A stretch of DNA of 63,746 nt, filler included, from Choristocarpus tenellus KU-1152 (GCA_964200185.2; 10 parts of 10 records of this genome joined end to end with filler, not necessarily neighbours in it); one strand, 5' to 3'; positions 11,448 through 25,597 are shown, numbered from the whole stretch's first letter. The notes: generated from the letters alone by a model not told the origin. Program-made: numbers and translations.

Positions 11448-14400
11448 GTCTGAGTATGTGAATAATACAAGTAATTCACAAAGTGGCATGAAGGGGAAGG
11501 GGGGCAAAAGAGGCAAGGTCTCTTTCAAGCATTCCAAGAACAAGGGAGGTGAAGAGGAAGAGGAAGAGGAGGAGCGGGAGGAGGAAGAGCTGACTTTGCA
11601 TGCAGAAAAGGCAAGGAAGATGAAGTTGAAGGTGTCTGAGCTTGAGAGGGAGTTGCTGGCAGAGAAACCGTGGGCACTTAAAGGAGAGATACGGGCAAAG
11701 GACCGACCAGAGAACAGGTGACATCCATAGTGGTGGGTCATCTAGATTAGGATTGTATTTGAGATTATGATTGTGTTGGTATAATGATTTCATGATATAA
11801 TAATATAATAGTATTAAGTGGGTTGAAAAAATGAAGGAAATGTTCAATGAAATGAGATTGTGAAGTATTATACAGCAAGACTTGGTATAGCAATAATAAT
11901 AGTAATAGTACACACATAGCATTAGTAGTAATATTAAAAAATAGTGATAATGCCAGTATAATTGAAATTATCATTATTTTGCAAGAGGCCAAGTGTGATA
12001 CAACAAGAGGACTGTAGACAGTTAATGTAGTTGTGAATGGCAGTACAGCATTGTTAATAACATTTTTGTTACTACAAGAGCAGTTGCATGTAGATTATAT
12101 CCCTTCAAGAAGTTTATACCTGGTTATACAGCTTATTAGTTGACTATGTGGTTTATTGAGCAATGACTGTGTATAGTTTGAATATCAATTGTATGTCACC
12201 TAATACCCTAATACGGCCTTTGATGTATTGACAGCATATTTATTTATTTATATATTTATATATTTATATCATAGCTGAACCCACCACCAGATGTAGGTAT
12301 GATTTTGATAGGATGTTCTTCATGTGATGCTCCCCAAATCACAATCATACCGTATCATTCCATATCATATCATATCATATCATACCCATCAAATACTATT
12401 TTTATGACATTATTAATAGTGAACTAGCCTTACATTTTTTTTTCCTAATGGTTACTAGTATTGATATTATTTGGTGTTACTTGATATTTGATTGTTAATG
12501 GTGATTTGTGTGTCATAGCCAACATTATCACTATGTAAATATATGTATCTATTTTGTATATTGGGAGATGTGTGTTGCTCATTTCTGTCTAAACGAAAAG
12601 GGTAGTCCATTTAACCTCTTGTAATGCTTGCATCTCTGCAACAATATGAACTACAACATGAGTTGTAACCAACACCTAATTTATGTTATTGATTTATGTT
12701 ATTGATGTACACTTTTCCTTGATGTTTTGGTCAGCTTGTTAGAGGCATCTGTTGATGTTGATCGAGTAGCTCGGTCTGCACCACCACCAACTGTGGAGAG
12801 GACGATGTCATTGCTTGACATGATAAAGAAGAGGTGTATAGATCAAAACTGGGATGATGTCACCCCGAGGTGAATTAATATATGTTTTACTGAGTTCCTT
12901 TTCTGGCAGGCATTTATATCTTGTTTGTCTTTGTTTTTGATGGTGCGTGTTGTCAGATGGGTTGAGTGATCATATTGCAGAAAGTATATTAATATATGTG
13001 AATAATTTTATGGTAGGGTTTCTTGTGTCGTGTTTATTTTTATTTATTTTTATTTTTGTCTTGTGCTTTCTGTTTCTTGTGTGTGTGTGCAATAGAGAAC
13101 GAAAGACTTTGTTGTTGAACCATATGCCAGGAATATCATTGTGGGAAAGTTGCAACAATATGGTTTATGTTAAGTATGATATATTATACATGATATATGA
13201 TACATGATACGTTTGATGCATCTTTTGCTTTTTTCAGTTGTTCTACCCTAACCTTACCTCTTTTTTACAGTTGGATTGGATATTGTAATAGTAATTGTAG
13301 GAATTACCCAGCATCCATAGTTTTCAATTTGACTCTTATTATTGCTATTTCTAGCTTGCAGGTCTTAGTTGTGGGACTGCTGCTCCTCGAGGAAGCAGTA
13401 TCATGTAGTCATGATTGACAGTATCACAGTTGACAACCTCAATCGAAATGGAAATGTAGTCATGATTAGTATCACAGTTGACATGAGTGGATGCATAGAC
13501 TTATCACCTAGACATAGCTCCACCACAAGGACGATGTCATCATGGCATGAAAAGGTCTTGATTGCATCAAAGCTAAATGGGTGAGGCTTTGAATGTCCTG
13601 GAAATCATCTGCAGTTTTGTCTTCATGCAGCTATTAGTGGTTACTTTCTCATTTATATTAATTCTTAACTGGGCTTGAATGATTGCTATCTTGGTTATTG
13701 ATAATTAGGTGGAAGTCTATGAATGATCTTGTTGATGATAATTAGATGGTTGAAAAAAAATTAGCACTTTGTGTCTTGTGTCTCAGAGATTTTGCTGTAT
13801 CCTGTGAAGGAAGGTTTTGGTAGTGTAATGTGCATTGTCATAGAATGGTAGAGAGGATGGGTATGATACTTGTTTGTTGCAAGTGTGGACCATTGCTGAT
13901 GAAGGAATAGGTATGAAACATTATTGTGTAGAAAAAATAAAAGTGTTGGAGTTCACCAGAGTTGACTTGGTATAGATAGTATTATTATTATGATACTGTG
14001 ATACATAAATAAAGTAAATGAAAGGCTTGACTGCATTAGTAGTACAGAGATTTGAGCTTCAAGCATGCTATCAACCATCCCCAAGTCATTGATGTATACA
14101 AATATGTATGTATTGTTAGTGCTCAAAATGTACAATTTGGTTCTGATTTGGTTAATGGTTGATGTCTCATGTCTCATGATGAAAGGAATATAGCTGTACC
14201 CACAGTCCGGAAGGAAGCACCTGAGCTGTCTCAGGAGAAGAGCAAGGAAGGCCTGGGTGACATCTATGAAAAAGAGGTTAAACGATTCTCGACATCTATG
14301 AAAAAGAGGTTAAACGGTTCTCGACATCTATGAAAAAGAGTTTAAACGATTGTTAAATGATTCTCTGTCGAAAGTCAGTTGAAAGGTGTCAAATTATTGT

Positions 14401-17400
14401 TATTATTGCTCTTTTTACTATTGCTTGTTTTTCAATTGTCAACATTGATGTCTTGATATTGATGTTCAGGCACTAACACAATATTGTTATTGATTGAAAT
14501 TGTTGTGTCCCACACCAGGCAGGAGGGGGTTTCTTTGATAGGGTTTGGGGTGGTGGTCAGTATCTTATTATCTTGTTATTGCTTGTCCATAATATTTTGC
14601 CACACACAAGAGTCTAAGGTGTTTTATTTGAGAGTAATATTCGGATTGAGTTTACTTTGAAGGAAGAGAGGGGGGGTGTCTTTATATTATTTTATTGCAT
14701 CTTGATTTACTACTTTCTATTGATAAACTCCTTCAGGACAAGCCCTATTCATCATACACATTAAATGTGTTAGTTGTATGTATACTGAGTACTACACAGC
14801 CAGTGGTTGCTGGCACTACTTGATGTAGCAGTTGGAAGCACCTGCTATTATTTTTTTATTTGTAATACTGCCATGTTCATTTTGAGTTGTAATAAACATG
14901 AGGTACTTGTAACTTGTACCTGGGCTTGGACTTGGGGTTGGTCTGAGACTTAGACTTACACTTAAGCAATCTATTTTGGAGAGAGTGACCTACAATGAGA
15001 ACGATCTACAATGAGATGCATACATTAGCAGTGACTGCTTGGAGGGAATCATGAGGGATTGGAATACGCAAAGAGCATCTTGAAGTTGGTTGCTCCCTAT
15101 GTTTTGTTTTGTGTAATTGAAGGACATGAATGTACTTTGTTTTAGAGTGACTGGTTGCTCGCCTTTGTAATTTGGTGGACAAACGCTACCTTTTGACTGA
15201 GGGGAATATTTTTTGTTATTTTCATCCTGCGAGTACAGCAGTGTGGGGTTAGGGTTAGGGTTAGGGTACAGTATATTGCATAGGGAATAAACCGTTTCTA
15301 GGTGATGGGTGGACCCTTGTTGAGCTTGATTTAGCTTCCATAGTGTTAAGGGTATCAGTGGTGCATGCTTGCATCATTTATAGGACTAATGAATATTACA
15401 GGACTGACTTCTTGCAGCTAATGTGTCAGTGTTTTGCACTGTATGTGTGTGTCTAACTGAGCAGTATATGAAGACTACCATGGGGATAGAGGAAGATGAC
15501 AAGCATGCAGATCTGAAGAAGGAACTGAAGATACTCTTTACAAAGCTTACGGGCAAGTTGGATGCGTTGTGTAACTTCCACTACACGCCCAAGCCCGTCA
15601 TACCAGAGATGAAGGTAGATTGCTGTACTTGGGGCCTTAGACTGACTGCTGATAACTTACATAGGATTAGGTCTTCCTCATGCCTGTTGGCATCACTAGC
15701 ATCTCACTTTTTTTAAAGTATGGTCTTTTTTTTCTTATTTCTTTTATTTTTTTGTTCATCTTGGCTTGAATCTCTGTATAGCTCCAGGCAATTAACAGTT
15801 AAATTGCAATAAATGGTAAAATCAAATCTGCTGTAACTCAGTTTGTCACAAACCATGACCAAGGTATCGCTGTGTTTGCCTAGCGCACCAGTCACCAGTC
15901 ACAAACATGTTGTACATTAATCATGTCTCTACCATATTTCATACGTCCCAACACTTTTTTAGCTTATGCCCATGGTGCAGTCAATAATGTCAAAAACAAC
16001 AATAGTTCCAGCCATACGCAGTCTTTTATTTTAACCTTGTCTGCTTCTGATAGGTTTATATTGATTGGGTTAGAAAACGTGATGTGGTTCAATCAAGTAG
16101 TTAGAAGTGCCACAATGCTAGCAAGTAGGAGAATTTATTTTAATTGGTAGGTCAACAGTAATACAGTAGTGGTCATATCCTTAGAGTACATGTACATCCA
16201 TGTGTATAGGGATGTACTTTTGACAGACGTACATGGATTGTATCAACTATTGTATCAACTATCAACGATACACTTGCCCACATTTCGAATCATCTCATGC
16301 CAAATCTCACTATGGACGGTGTGTGCATTTTGTGTTGTTATATACTTGGAGTAGTACAATTGTACTTTGGAGCTGTCTAAATAATTTATTTTTTTTGTAC
16401 CCTGAAAGTCATTCTGGGTTGAAATAGTTGTAATTGTGTGTTGAAGTAGTTGTAATTGGATTGCTTGCCAAATGGTGGCATGGGATAATGAGGAACCAAG
16501 ACATAACATAACAATGTGCAATGGTAGGTGCAAGCAGATGTGGCAGCCATTTCAATGGAAGAGGTATTACCAGCATCCGTGGCTGATGGAGAAGCACTAG
16601 CACCCGAGGAGGTTTACAGCAAGAAGAGGGGAAGAGACAATGAGTTTCTTGAAGGTGTCCATTTTTGTCACGATTTGTATCAAGTTGTGCATTTTTTGTT
16701 TCATTGGTCCTCTGCCACTTCCTATTGATCATTTCGTTGATTATTAACAACTCACTTCTTGTTGTTAACAGTTGACTAATGCCTATTGATTCATGTCTAT
16801 TGGTCTATGGATTGTAGAAGTGTTGTTTTTTAGTATATATCAGGGTGCCTTTTTTGTCTCTTGTAATCTTTTTTTTTTGTAGTTGTAGTAGATTGACTCT
16901 GATCCAAACTGCTGTTGAAGTGGCATCCTTACTGTCCCTAATTTCACCTAAAATGCTGGACTGCAGCACCTGTATGAATGTGTTTTGAGTTGTTCCTTTT
17001 TTGTGTGGTTGGCTACAGTTGTAAATCTACTATTGCTATAAAAAATAGTCCAGGTATATCAAGTGTTTATGGTGTCACACATCTGCTTTGAATGATGCGG
17101 TTTGTTGAATGTCTACTTCTCTCAGGGACCGTTTGTGATTCTTGCCAACAAAACTCAGTAAGGATGGATGTAACTGTCATAGACCTATCCCGAGAGCTTG
17201 GATGTAACTGTAATTATGCGGTGCAGTAGTGTTGAACGTAAGGGATGTAGTGTTATTCTGATATTGGTATTGATATTGATAGTACTCTGGTAAGTGAGGT
17301 TTTGACGTGTTGACAAGAACATTTCCTTCATGAAGTATTTACGGTAGAAGTCCAGGATCTCTATTAATATTTATATTAATATTGATGGGTTTGTATATGC

Positions 17401-20238
17401 ACTCTCCATTCTTGTTTGTGTTTTGTTTTTTTGACAGATGGTGAGATGAACCAGGAAGAGCGAAAGAGAGCAAGGGGGTCCAAGAAGGCTGCAAGAAGGA
17501 AGGCCAGGCGTCAGGTATGTTGAAACAGCACTACAAACACTAATATGTTGGTGTAGCACTACAAACACTACTATGTTGGTGTAGCACTACAAACACTAAT
17601 ATGTTGGTGTACCACTACAAACACTAATATGTTGGTGTACCACTACAAACACTAATATGTTGGTGTACCACTACAAACACTAATATGTTGGTGTACCACT
17701 ACAAACACTATTACGTTGGTGTAGCACTCCAAACACTAGTATGTTGAAACAGCACTACAAACACTAATACTGAAACATTCTTGGTTAATGTGTTAATAGT
17801 GAAGTACTACATTTGGTTGGTGGAATTGCATGTATTGTGCATGCTTAGCTCTTTTTTTTGTTTATTGTATTTGTGTCCTTGCACCTGTTTTTATTGTCAA
17901 TTTCTGAGTAGGACATTGTCTTTGACTTGATTCGATGTATACATGTGTTTATGATCTTTGTCTGAGATTTATTGGGCAATAGATGTGCTTCCAAGCACTA
18001 TAGTCAACACTTTTAAGTAGTTACCCCTCTACTTGATGTTTCATGTTTCATGTTTCCTAGTGCTACATCCATATCAACAAGGAGTGTGCAATGATTTAAT
18101 AGCAGTTGCCTCATGTGGTACCATTGTCGCCTAGCACAGAAATAAATTGTTTGCTGTACTGTCTACAGCAAAGAGATTGTTTCATTGTTTATGTTTTTAT
18201 GTTGTATGTTGTTGTATGTTTTTGTATCACATGATACATTTCATTGGTGTTTTTCCTGAAAACAATAATGGGCACATTGTTGACCATTGGCAACGAGAAC
18301 CCCTTTGATTGTCCTTTGTGTAGCACTGCATGATACCCTGTGACACAGAAGGTGTATATTCACATACAAAATGTGATCAGACTGTGAGTTTTCCTATATA
18401 ATTCTCAAGGCAGAACACTTTTTAAGATGATGAATTGATACTGACTTCCCTACTTCTACCTTTGTCTTTATACCTGACCGCTGACTAGACCATCATCCCC
18501 TCCATCTACCTGAGGATACTTCACCCTCTGAAGAGAAAAAAATATATTCTGGATATGATGTTATGTATGATCTTTCATTACTGTGATGATTTTATCAATT
18601 TCTTTCAATAATTTATCAGGTGGAGACAGAAAAAAAACTTGTGGCAAAACTTAACCCAGGGTTAGGTAACAAGTATGAGAAAGACAAGATGCTCAGGGAC
18701 ATTCAGAGTTCTAAGATCGTCACATCAGGTATAGGGTTTTATCTACAATAATGAGTCTGATTCAAGGGGAGACAAAGGCGTTACACTACTTCTTATTCCC
18801 TCCTAGAAGACAGTATTAGTATTGGTTTTATTAGTGCCAGTGTGTACTGTATTGCAATTTGATTTATAGTTCAGTATAGTTCAGTATTTATTTGAAATTG
18901 TATTGTACAAATGAATTTCATATTGGGCAGAGTTAAAAGACAAGGGGTATGTTGAAGATATTTTACGAAACAGCAGGCTACATCAGGCTGACAAAAGACA
19001 GTTGCTACAGTTCTCTGCATATCTTTGGATGATGTTTATCGTAAGATTTACTGGCAGATAGCAAAGATACCACACAGGGCAATTTGGACGCAGGTAGATT
19101 GTATATTGGGACCACACAGAAGAGTACCCATTTCTTGTGTCCCGAAGACTGTTCATGTAGCTCTTGTCATGTGTCACCCTTGTCACAACCTCTGGGCGAA
19201 CCAGTGCTTCATAGCACTATAGAACTATTTTGAAGACTTTGTGTATTATGAGTACTGTATTACACATCAATATGATGTCAAGCAATAGACATCATTGACT
19301 TTCCCTTGAATCTCAACATGTGATGTGTGGGGGGACTTGTTGTGTATCACCTGCACTACCTGCTTCTGTTTCATGTCACACGTTGGATCGTACATGGATG
19401 CTCTAATACACTGGCGAAGATATGGGGTCAAGTACTGGGAAGGAATTTAGCACATCACACAAGTTCTTCTCACAATTGCAGCAAACGGTGAGAAGAGCTT
19501 TCTAATGCTATCATTGAGTTTCTCTATTTCTGGGTACTATGGTGAGGATGGAATGACTGAAGAGGATCTTGTCTCATCTCATTAGCAACATTAGCACATC
19601 ATCTGGAGTCTGGTCTCTCACCATTGTGTTCACTCTCTTGCTTTGTACAAATACATCAAGTATTTTCAAGGAGGTTAATGTATTATGTCTAAATAGTGAC
19701 ATGAGTTTTGGTGAATGATGACGAACGCCAAAGGGACATAGTGTCTGTCTTTAGTGGAGGGAGGAGGGAGGAGGGTTGATGGAGTTTGTGTTTTGACTGA
19801 ATTAAATGGACACAGTTGTCTTCAAGGTGAAGAAAAGGCACCATGAACATGAAAATCTGACTCAAGGTGTTTGCTGAGTGACACATACTCAAGGGGTAGA
19901 GATATGCTGGACAAATATATGCCATAACTATTGGCAATAGTCTTACCGATAGAATTAATATCACCATACTGGCAAGGATAGAACTCTCTACTTCTCTATT
20001 TGTAGTGGGGACATACATGAATGAAGTGGTTGGGGGGGGGTTATTGATATCTTGGCAAACTAAGAGGTTAGGTCAGGTAGCAGTGTTGTGGTTTCGTTGG
20101 GAAGTGAATTCCTCAACAACAGTTGATGACCTTTTTATTACGCAGGTCAAAGATGGGGTCAAGAAAGCAGGTCAGGACAAGGCAAATGATGGGAAACTGG
20201 CGGCAACAGGAACCAAGGCAGCGCATTTCAGGCTTTAG
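11448..20238 (+). CDS. MPP10: U3 snoRNP protein Mpp10, 3' part; exons 11448-11717, 12735-12869, 14186-14276, 15465-15614, 16528-16654, 17438-17514, 18620-18728, 19420-19487, 20146-20238 (5' exons missing)
   Basis: All introns GT-AG and phase-consistent; motifs KPWALKGE..A..RPENSLLE, IKKR...WDDV, ELSQEKSKEGLGDIYEKEY, KLDALCNFHYTPKP, AISMEEVLP...LAPEEV, KLNPGLGNKY, KFFSQLQ, terminal FRL*. Confidence 0.93.
14259..14352 (+). repeat. 32-bp tandem triplication spanning an MPP10 exon end and its splice donor
   Basis: GACATCTATGAAAAAGAG(G/T)TTAAACG... x3. Confidence 0.9.
15249..15266 (+). repeat. Short interstitial (TTAGGG)3 in an MPP10 intron
   Basis: Direct reading. Confidence 0.6.
17515..17770 (+). 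repeat. 28-bp minisatellite, about 9 units, at the start of an MPP10 intron
   Basis: TATGTTGGTGTA(G/C)CACTACAAACACTAA repeated without spacers. Confidence 0.92.
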
Positions 20239-21519
20239 CATGTTCAATTCTATGCTATATGTGGCTGACTCTCCTTCAAGTGCAGCATAATTGCACTATA
20301 ATTATAATATTGATGCTCATAGAGGACGGGTCTCAAACACAGTTTTGTTGTGTGTTTATCATCCCCACCTGACACAGTGGAGGTACCTTCATACAAACAT
20401 CTCCTGTGTCGGAAACAGGATAAGTCCAAGTCCTTTCAGTGGAAAGATGTTACTGCATGCAAATCACATATCACCTGGTGCTGCATGTCTTCCACCAATT
20501 TTTGTGCATCCAGGATTGCCTATTATATATGTATAATATATAGATGCAGTTTTGTTTTGATTTGTCTTATGGCTGGTTTTACTGGATTTGAAAGCAATAA
20601 ACTCACAACTAATTCGTTAGAAACTGTAAAATTGCGGTTAATTGTGATATCAGGATGTTCAACCATGTCAAGTGGAATTGGATTCAAAATATTTCAGTTT
20701 TTGGGGACATTTTAAAGAAGATTTTTGGAGCTAACATCACTGGTGAAAAGACATAAGAGTAGGGGATAGGGTTTTAACTCATGCAGCACCCACCAACCCA
20801 CAACCTGAAAACAGGAGCATGATTCCAATACATACATCACCAACTAGTGAGCCAAACCAATTGAGAGGTAGACAGGTTAGGACCTTCTTGTATTCTAAGT
20901 AATATTTCTTACAATGTGCAATACACTTTATTTCGTTGCTTTATGTGCACAATAGTGTGCTCAAAATTGATGCTCCCCTTTTCCGTACACAAACTGACAC
21001 CACAATGCAGCAAAGGCTCTTTCTGTAATTGTACAAAATGATATCCTTTTACCCTTTCTTGGTGTTACGTATATTAATGACTTGATTGATAAACCCCGAA
21101 GGAGGGTCTCCTCCACCTTAATCAATCCTACTCTGTGGGTCACTAATAACTAATCACAGATTACATACTACACAGGTTGATTTGCTACAGAATTTCCAAA
21201 TCCTGAATTCTTCCATGTTCTAGTTCATCAACCCACAACAAGTATTTTTTACATAACCTACTTTCACACATGAATAAAAAGCATATTCCTGACAATTGGC
21301 ATCCGTAAAGTGCAGCCCTGCCTAATTCTCGGTTTCACTCAGATAAGGGGTCTGGGATTCTCCGACTATTGACCTTGTGAGAGGATTTTGGAAGGCAAGT
21401 TTTCTGTTCACACAAGGTTCCCAGATTAAAAGGGACACCCACTCAAACTATCTGTTGTGCCATATATCCTGAATGCATTAAAAAAAGTTTTAGGAGTTTT
21501 AGAGGGGTAGGGGTAGAGT

Positions 21520-21700
21520 ATTGTGTATTAGTGGGGGTGCCCCTATAAACCTGGGCGCCTCCAAGTCATTGAACCTCCTCCTTTGGCAATACCTCCGGTT
21601 AGCCCATGAGCAAGCTCGGCCAATTTTTGTCTGGACTTCAATAGTACTACCTAGTGTCACTCATCAGTGAAACCCCCGAATCTTAATGATGTATGCTGTC
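21520..21700 (-). mobile_element. Possible RTE-like LINE fragment
   Basis: Degenerate STIEVQTKIGRACSWANRRY resembles the post-RT region of RTE elements. Confidence 0.3.
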
Positions 21701-21979
21701 AAAGGAATCTTGCTGAATCGGAATTGATAGGTTAGAGTCGAGCCCTGAATCATCCGAATTCATAGAGAAAGCACCATTAGGGGGCATGAGATCTTGTTAC
21801 AAAACCTCTTCATGCTTTCATGATGAGATATGCAGCTCCAATCCATAGGAATGCATGTGGACCATGAAGCTCATTCAAGGCTCCATGACGTGCATGTCGT
21901 CAAGTATGCTGGATCTCTCACTTCAATTATTCACTTCATCAGGGTATAAGTAGAATTGGCAACGATATACCCCCTCAAT

Positions 21980-23671
21980 GGGGCATGATAACCACAAAAT
22001 AGTCAAGAAATACAAATATATAGTCTAGGACTTCAAGGTCATAATGGCGTTTGTAAAACTGCCATCAAGACTTCCAACATTTGCCCCAACGACAGATATG
22101 CTAGCATGACACTTGCAACTCACAGCACTCACTCTGCATTTGACTCAACGTTCAAGAGAATACATCCTACACCAGAGTCTCACGTTTGTGTCAAAATAGG
22201 GCACTGTCTACAAAGCACTCTCCCTTTTTCAAAAGCGTTGAACACAAACAAATACAAACGAAAATGTTGCCACACTGTCACAGAGAAAGAGGATGGTGCC
22301 ATAGAAAATGCTTTCCCTCCCTAGGCACTATGAACATATAAACAAATAAAGACGAAATTTTTTCACAAAAACAAAATGGTAGGATGCTGTCCTAGAAAGA
22401 CTCCACCCCTTCACAACTTCAAAAAAAAATGAACACAGACGCAAAATAACAGTAACACTGAATGAGGGTACTGCCATAGACTCTCCCCCTTCAGAACTCT
22501 AAGCACAAACAACTGCAGGACACCAATAAAATATCTGACAGTTACAGAGAAATAGGGTGCTGCCATGGAAAAGCTTACCCTCCCTAGGAACTATGAACAT
22601 ATAAACAAATGAAGACAAATGTATCAAAATAACAGAAAAATAGGGAGTGTCGTAGGAAGACTCTCCCCCTTTACAACTATCAACAAAAATAAAGACAGGC
22701 ACAAAATCACAATAACTTTTTGAAACAGGGTTGGGTCGTAGAAGGATTCCACCCTTTGCAGAACTATATATAAATTTTACACAAACAAATACAGGACAAC
22801 ATAAGAATGTTCAGTAAGTACAGACAATATCTAACAACAATGTAATAGGGAATGTCATAGCATGACTGCTCACACTGGTTAGAGCGCAAAAGCAGACATG
22901 CTGGTTCTGAAGGGTGAGAGTTTTGCTATGACAGCACCCTATTTCAATATAATTGTGACCTTTGCGTCTATATTCATTGTGTTGATACTTCTGAAGGGGA
23001 AGAGCTTTGCTATGACAGTACCCTACTTCTATGTTATTGCGAGACATTTTTGTTTTTATTTTTTTTGTTCATAGTTGTTGGGGAGGGAGAGTCTTTCTAT
23101 TGCAGTACCTTATTTCTTGTTCATGTGATTCTGTGTCTGCATTTATTTTTGTTTATAGTTCTGAAAGGGGGAGAGTTTTCTTATGGCAGTATCCTATTTT
23201 GACTTGAGTGTGAGACTCTGGTGTAGGAGGTATTCTCTTGAACGTTGAGTGAAATACAGAGAGTTAGTGCCGTGAGGTGCAAGTGCCACACCAGCATATT
23301 GGTCGTCAGGCAAACTTTAGAAGGGGGTTTTCCCTCCAGGTTTCCTCCTCTTGTGGACCCCCAACGCTGCCTACTGATATATTAGGACCTGGAAGTGACT
23401 TTGATTTCATTCCTACTATGTTCATGATAGGATAGGAGTAAGATAATATTTCCTTGCCCAATCGCCTATTCTTCGCATTGAAGCGGCTATACTTTATGCT
23501 GGGGGGGCGAGTTAACAGGCGATGTGTCTTAATGGAGGTTCCACAAACGCCAGTATGACCTTGAAGTCCCAGATTTTATATATTTTTGCTTCTTGTGAAT
23601 CGTGTGATTCTGTGGCGGCATGGTTCACTATTCCACATTCTTCACTATATATTTATTTTTATTATTATGCC
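21980..23671. mobile_element. Foldback-like element: long inverted arms with internal ~60-bp tandem subrepeats
   Basis: 22022-22060 is the reverse complement of 23538-23575, and 22084-22184 of 23209-23310; subrepeats run forward at 22190-22800 and reverse at 22900-23200. Confidence 0.75.
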
Positions 23672-23755
23672 CTCTGACATTTTGCAGATGTGCCAGAGGG
23701 AAACTTTTAATTATTTTGTCATTATGAGACCTTACAATATCTCACAGATATAACG

Positions 23756-25191
23756 ATGCTCTGCGCAGCGGGATCCAGGTGCAACGTACAGGGTAATAAT
23801 CCTGGTCCCCCACACTATGCATGCCTTACGTGTTGCGTTTGTAGCGGCTATATTAATGCCATTTGCGGCGTCGTGAATCCTTTTGGCGCCAGCGCAATGA
23901 AACGTGTGTGCAAATTGTGCGTGAGCCCCACCAAGCGGAAGGCTTCGAGTCCTCCAGCCGGTGACAACAAGGCGTCGAAGCGCCACAAGAACAAGAAAGG
24001 TCAACATCCTCCCTCCCTGCCCCCGTCCAAGCCGAGCTGTCCTCAAAGTTTGGCAAAACTATTTGTACCTCGAACAAACTAACCTCCAGCATTGACAACT
24101 CTGTTGATGACACCGATTAGCTGATGCACATCACGCAGCGCTTGAGTGTCGGCACGAGGAGTGGCCATGTTGATGAGGATCTCTCCAATACTCTTGACAC
24201 TCTGCACCTCAAACCCAGCAATAAACTGTCTCAGGCTTCCATCGACGCAGTCAGGGCGTGGATCAGTGTGGATGACAACGATGAATTGGCCAATGCAATA
24301 CCAGACGACATGGAAGACCAGCTGCTCGAGGAATCCTTGTATCAGTCAGACAATGAAAGCTCGGGTGACGAGGATGACGATGGGTTTATGGGATAGAGCA
24401 ACACATCGGGGGCCGTGAGGAAAGGAGCAGCCTCTTCAGTGTTCTCGATTCCTCCACCGCCATACTCTCAAGTAGCTCACGAATTTGCAAGGGTAGAAAT
24501 AACCGCCGAAGAGTGCAGCATGAACAATGTTTCGTATTATCTCCAGAAAGCAAAGCTGGCTTGGCTCAGCGAAATCGGGGCAAGGGCAACCAAACAAGAG
24601 GTCATGCTTGATTTTTGCTTGATTTTTTTGGCAGTCGCGATTTTTTTATCAGCGAATAAGTTTACTCAGTGCGCGCGGTGGGGAGGGAGATTGTCTTTGA
24701 ACACGTTGTTGATGTGATTTGAACTGCGAGTCGTCCGTCCTGCCATCCAACGGCTTGCGGATGCTTTTTATGGGAAGGTGTACTATACATATGAGTGAAT
24801 ACATCATAATGAATGTAATTTACCAAAGTTGCAGTATTGTATACATATGGCACTGGTATTCTGTGGAAGGGGTGGTGTAGATATGGCGGTTGCTGCACCA
24901 CCACAGCTTCATCGAAATGGACTCACTGAGGGCAGTGTTCAATACATATCTACATGTAGCTATTCTTGAAGGCACATGGTAAGTACAAACAGCAAGGGCA
25001 TCGCTCTGTCGTCGTTCGGTGACAAGTAGAAAGTGCCTACGACACCTGTTGCTGGATATAGCATACCTTTCTCTTATCACGATCCCTCGTTTTAAGAGAA
25101 AAGCGCTCCTATACATAATAAGAGAGGATCAGGATATAAAAGAGGGTTTTTTCGCATGTCCCTAACCTCTCTTATATTGGTGCACCCTCTG
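23756..25191 (+). mobile_element. Internally deleted pogo/Tigger-like (Tc1/mariner) DNA transposon: Cys-rich N-terminus and acidic/helical C-terminus, catalytic core absent
   Basis: ORF pieces 23756-24082 and 24124-24717 (PPPYSQVAHEFARVE...SYYLQKAKLA); right end ...GGTGCACCCTCTG followed by TA; second copy of the 3' region at ~42750-43072 (-). Confidence 0.55.
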
Positions 25192-25597
25192 TATGTACTA
25201 CTTAAACTGATCAGGATTTTCATATGATTGTTTTGGCTGTGTTGAACAAGGAAGTTGTGCCACACCTTGGAAAAATGAAGTCATCACTTTCCTCTACGAG
25301 AAGAAAGACTGCATTGATTGAGGCGACTACAGGAGCATCTCATTAGTGATACATGCTTGCAAGGTCTTCCTCAACATTGTTGCACGGTGTTTGGGGGAAT
25401 ATCTGGAATGAGAGAAGACTCAAAGTATCTGGGGGGGGGGGGGGGGGGCTACACCAGGGGGGCAATTTGGAAAAAAAACAAAAAAAGTGCATAAAAANNN
25501 NNNNNNNNNNNNNNNNNNNNNNNNNNNNNNNNNNNNNNNNNTTAATTAATTAANNNNNNNNNNNNNNNNNNNNNNNNNNNNNNNNNNNNNNNNNNNN

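Noticed and set aside
17515-17770. CRISPR-like array
   Set aside because: Units are contiguous with no unique spacers, lie inside a spliceosomal intron, and no cas genes are present.
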